Origin: an uncultured Verrucomicrobiota bacterium
GTDB taxonomy: Bacteria; Verrucomicrobiota; Verrucomicrobiia; Limisphaerales; MWDV01
Length of the DNA: 64,000 nt
Direction: 5' to 3'
Assembly: GCA_964548925.1 (NCBI GenBank)
Contig: CAZJTM010000004.1
Coordinates: 4,715-68,714, forward strand
The translations under genes were made by a program, and so were the position numbers. Below the pieces are notes generated by a model. That model was not told the origin of the DNA. It ran no database searches and saw only the letters and a program-made list of their open reading frames with translations. Shown here piece by piece: positions 63,521 through 64,000 of the stretch. Every line of letters starts with the position of its first letter. The stretch's first letter is position 1.

Positions 63521-64000
63521 ATGCGCGTCACGCACCTCATCACCCGGCTAATCATCGGGGGCGCCCAGGAAAATACCCTCGCCTCCGTGCTGGGCCTGCG
63601 CCAACTGTCCGGGATGGATGTCCACCTGATTTCCGGTCCAACCCACGGCCCGGAGGGCTCGCTGGAACCCCTCGCGGCTGAAGTCCCGGGCCTGTTGACG
63701 TTGGAACCTTCATTGGTGCGCCCCGTTCATCCCTGGCACGACACGCGCGCGCTGGTTCGCCTGACCCGCACCCTGAGACAACAACGGCCGGACATCGTCC
63801 ACACTCACAGCGGCAAGGCGGGAGTGCTCGGCCGGTTCGCGGCAAGCCGGGCTGGCGTCCCGATCATCATCCACACGATTCACGGCCCCTCGTTCGGGCC
63901 GTTCCAGGGCGCCCTGGCCAACACGGTGTTCCGCACCGCTGAACGACTGGCGGCACGCGTCACCACCCACTTCGTTGCCGTCGCCGACGCCATGACGGAG
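63521..64000 (+). CDS. Glycosyltransferase family 4 (N-terminal part; runs off the right edge)
   Basis: Absent from the ORF track because it has no stop in the window. Manual translation from the ATG at 63521 gives MRVTHLITRLIIGGAQENTL...RPDIVHTHSGKAGVLGRFAA..GVPIIIHTIHG.., open for 160 codons to the window end. This is the typical GT4 N-terminal domain pattern. Confidence 0.75.
   Translation, partial: MRVTHLITRLIIGGAQENTLASVLGLRQLSGMDVHLISGPTHGPEGSLEPLAAEVPGLLTLEPSLVRPVHPWHDTRALVRLTRTLRQQRPDIVHTHSGKAGVLGRFAASRAGVPIIIHTIHGPSFGPFQGALANTVFRTAERLAARVTTHFVAVADAMTE

Noticed and set aside
1-64000. Search for tRNA, rRNA, transposase, integrase or phage genes as markers of a mobile island.
   Set aside because: I found no tRNA-like T-arm or acceptor motifs in the intergenic regions I read. 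I saw no rRNA-like sequence and no transposase, integrase or phage motifs in any supported frame. The window reads as ordinary chromosome with accessory surface-protein genes.

Overview
GC-rich 64-kb chromosomal window with a strong G/C preference at third codon positions. Gene content points to a Verrucomicrobiota/PVC-type bacterium: prepilin-like H-X9-DG proteins with a [26 protein letters not shown]-terminus, an autotransporter-associated (PATR) beta-strand repeat protein, LamG-rich giant proteins, and an ECF sigma factor next to a WD40 Ser/Thr kinase. I support about 35 protein-coding genes.

A single 16.3-kb gene (6603-22865, minus strand) takes up a quarter of the window. It encodes a mosaic secreted protein of about 5,420 aa. 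The remaining genes are:
- glycan-active and sugar-catabolic genes: GH95, a truncated GH2, a GH88-like hydrolase, four Gfo/Idh/MocA oxidoreductases (two with export signals), a xylose-isomerase-like TIM-barrel protein, a ROK kinase, DeoC and a cupin
- a co-directional string of ECF sigma, WD40 kinase, BNR propeller, SBBP propeller and a small secreted protein
- housekeeping genes: trpG/pabA-type amidotransferase, aroB, xseA, ymdB-like, rlmD-like and an SDR
- a Phd/VapC pair whose toxin carries an in-frame TAG
- a DUF2723+TPR membrane protein and the start of a GT4 glycosyltransferase

Two real genes are missing from the ORF track because they run off the window edges: 1-2769 (minus) and 63521-64000 (plus). 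I saw no rRNA, tRNA, CRISPR array, transposase or integrase.

The points most worth a second look are:
1. Short heptamer-derived or palindromic sequences sitting in-frame inside three otherwise ordinary genes (SDR, kinase, xseA).
2. Two octamer-repeat inverted-repeat elements of about 170 bp between the sigma factor and the kinase.
3. A C-terminal module of about 60-70 aa ending in F(Y/F)R(L/M), shared by several secreted proteins.
4. The uncharacterised core of the giant protein: a Gly12 linker, a Cys-rich module and a HEXXH motif.
5. Two in-frame stop codons with coding-like continuation.

All domain calls come from motif recognition by eye. No database search was run.
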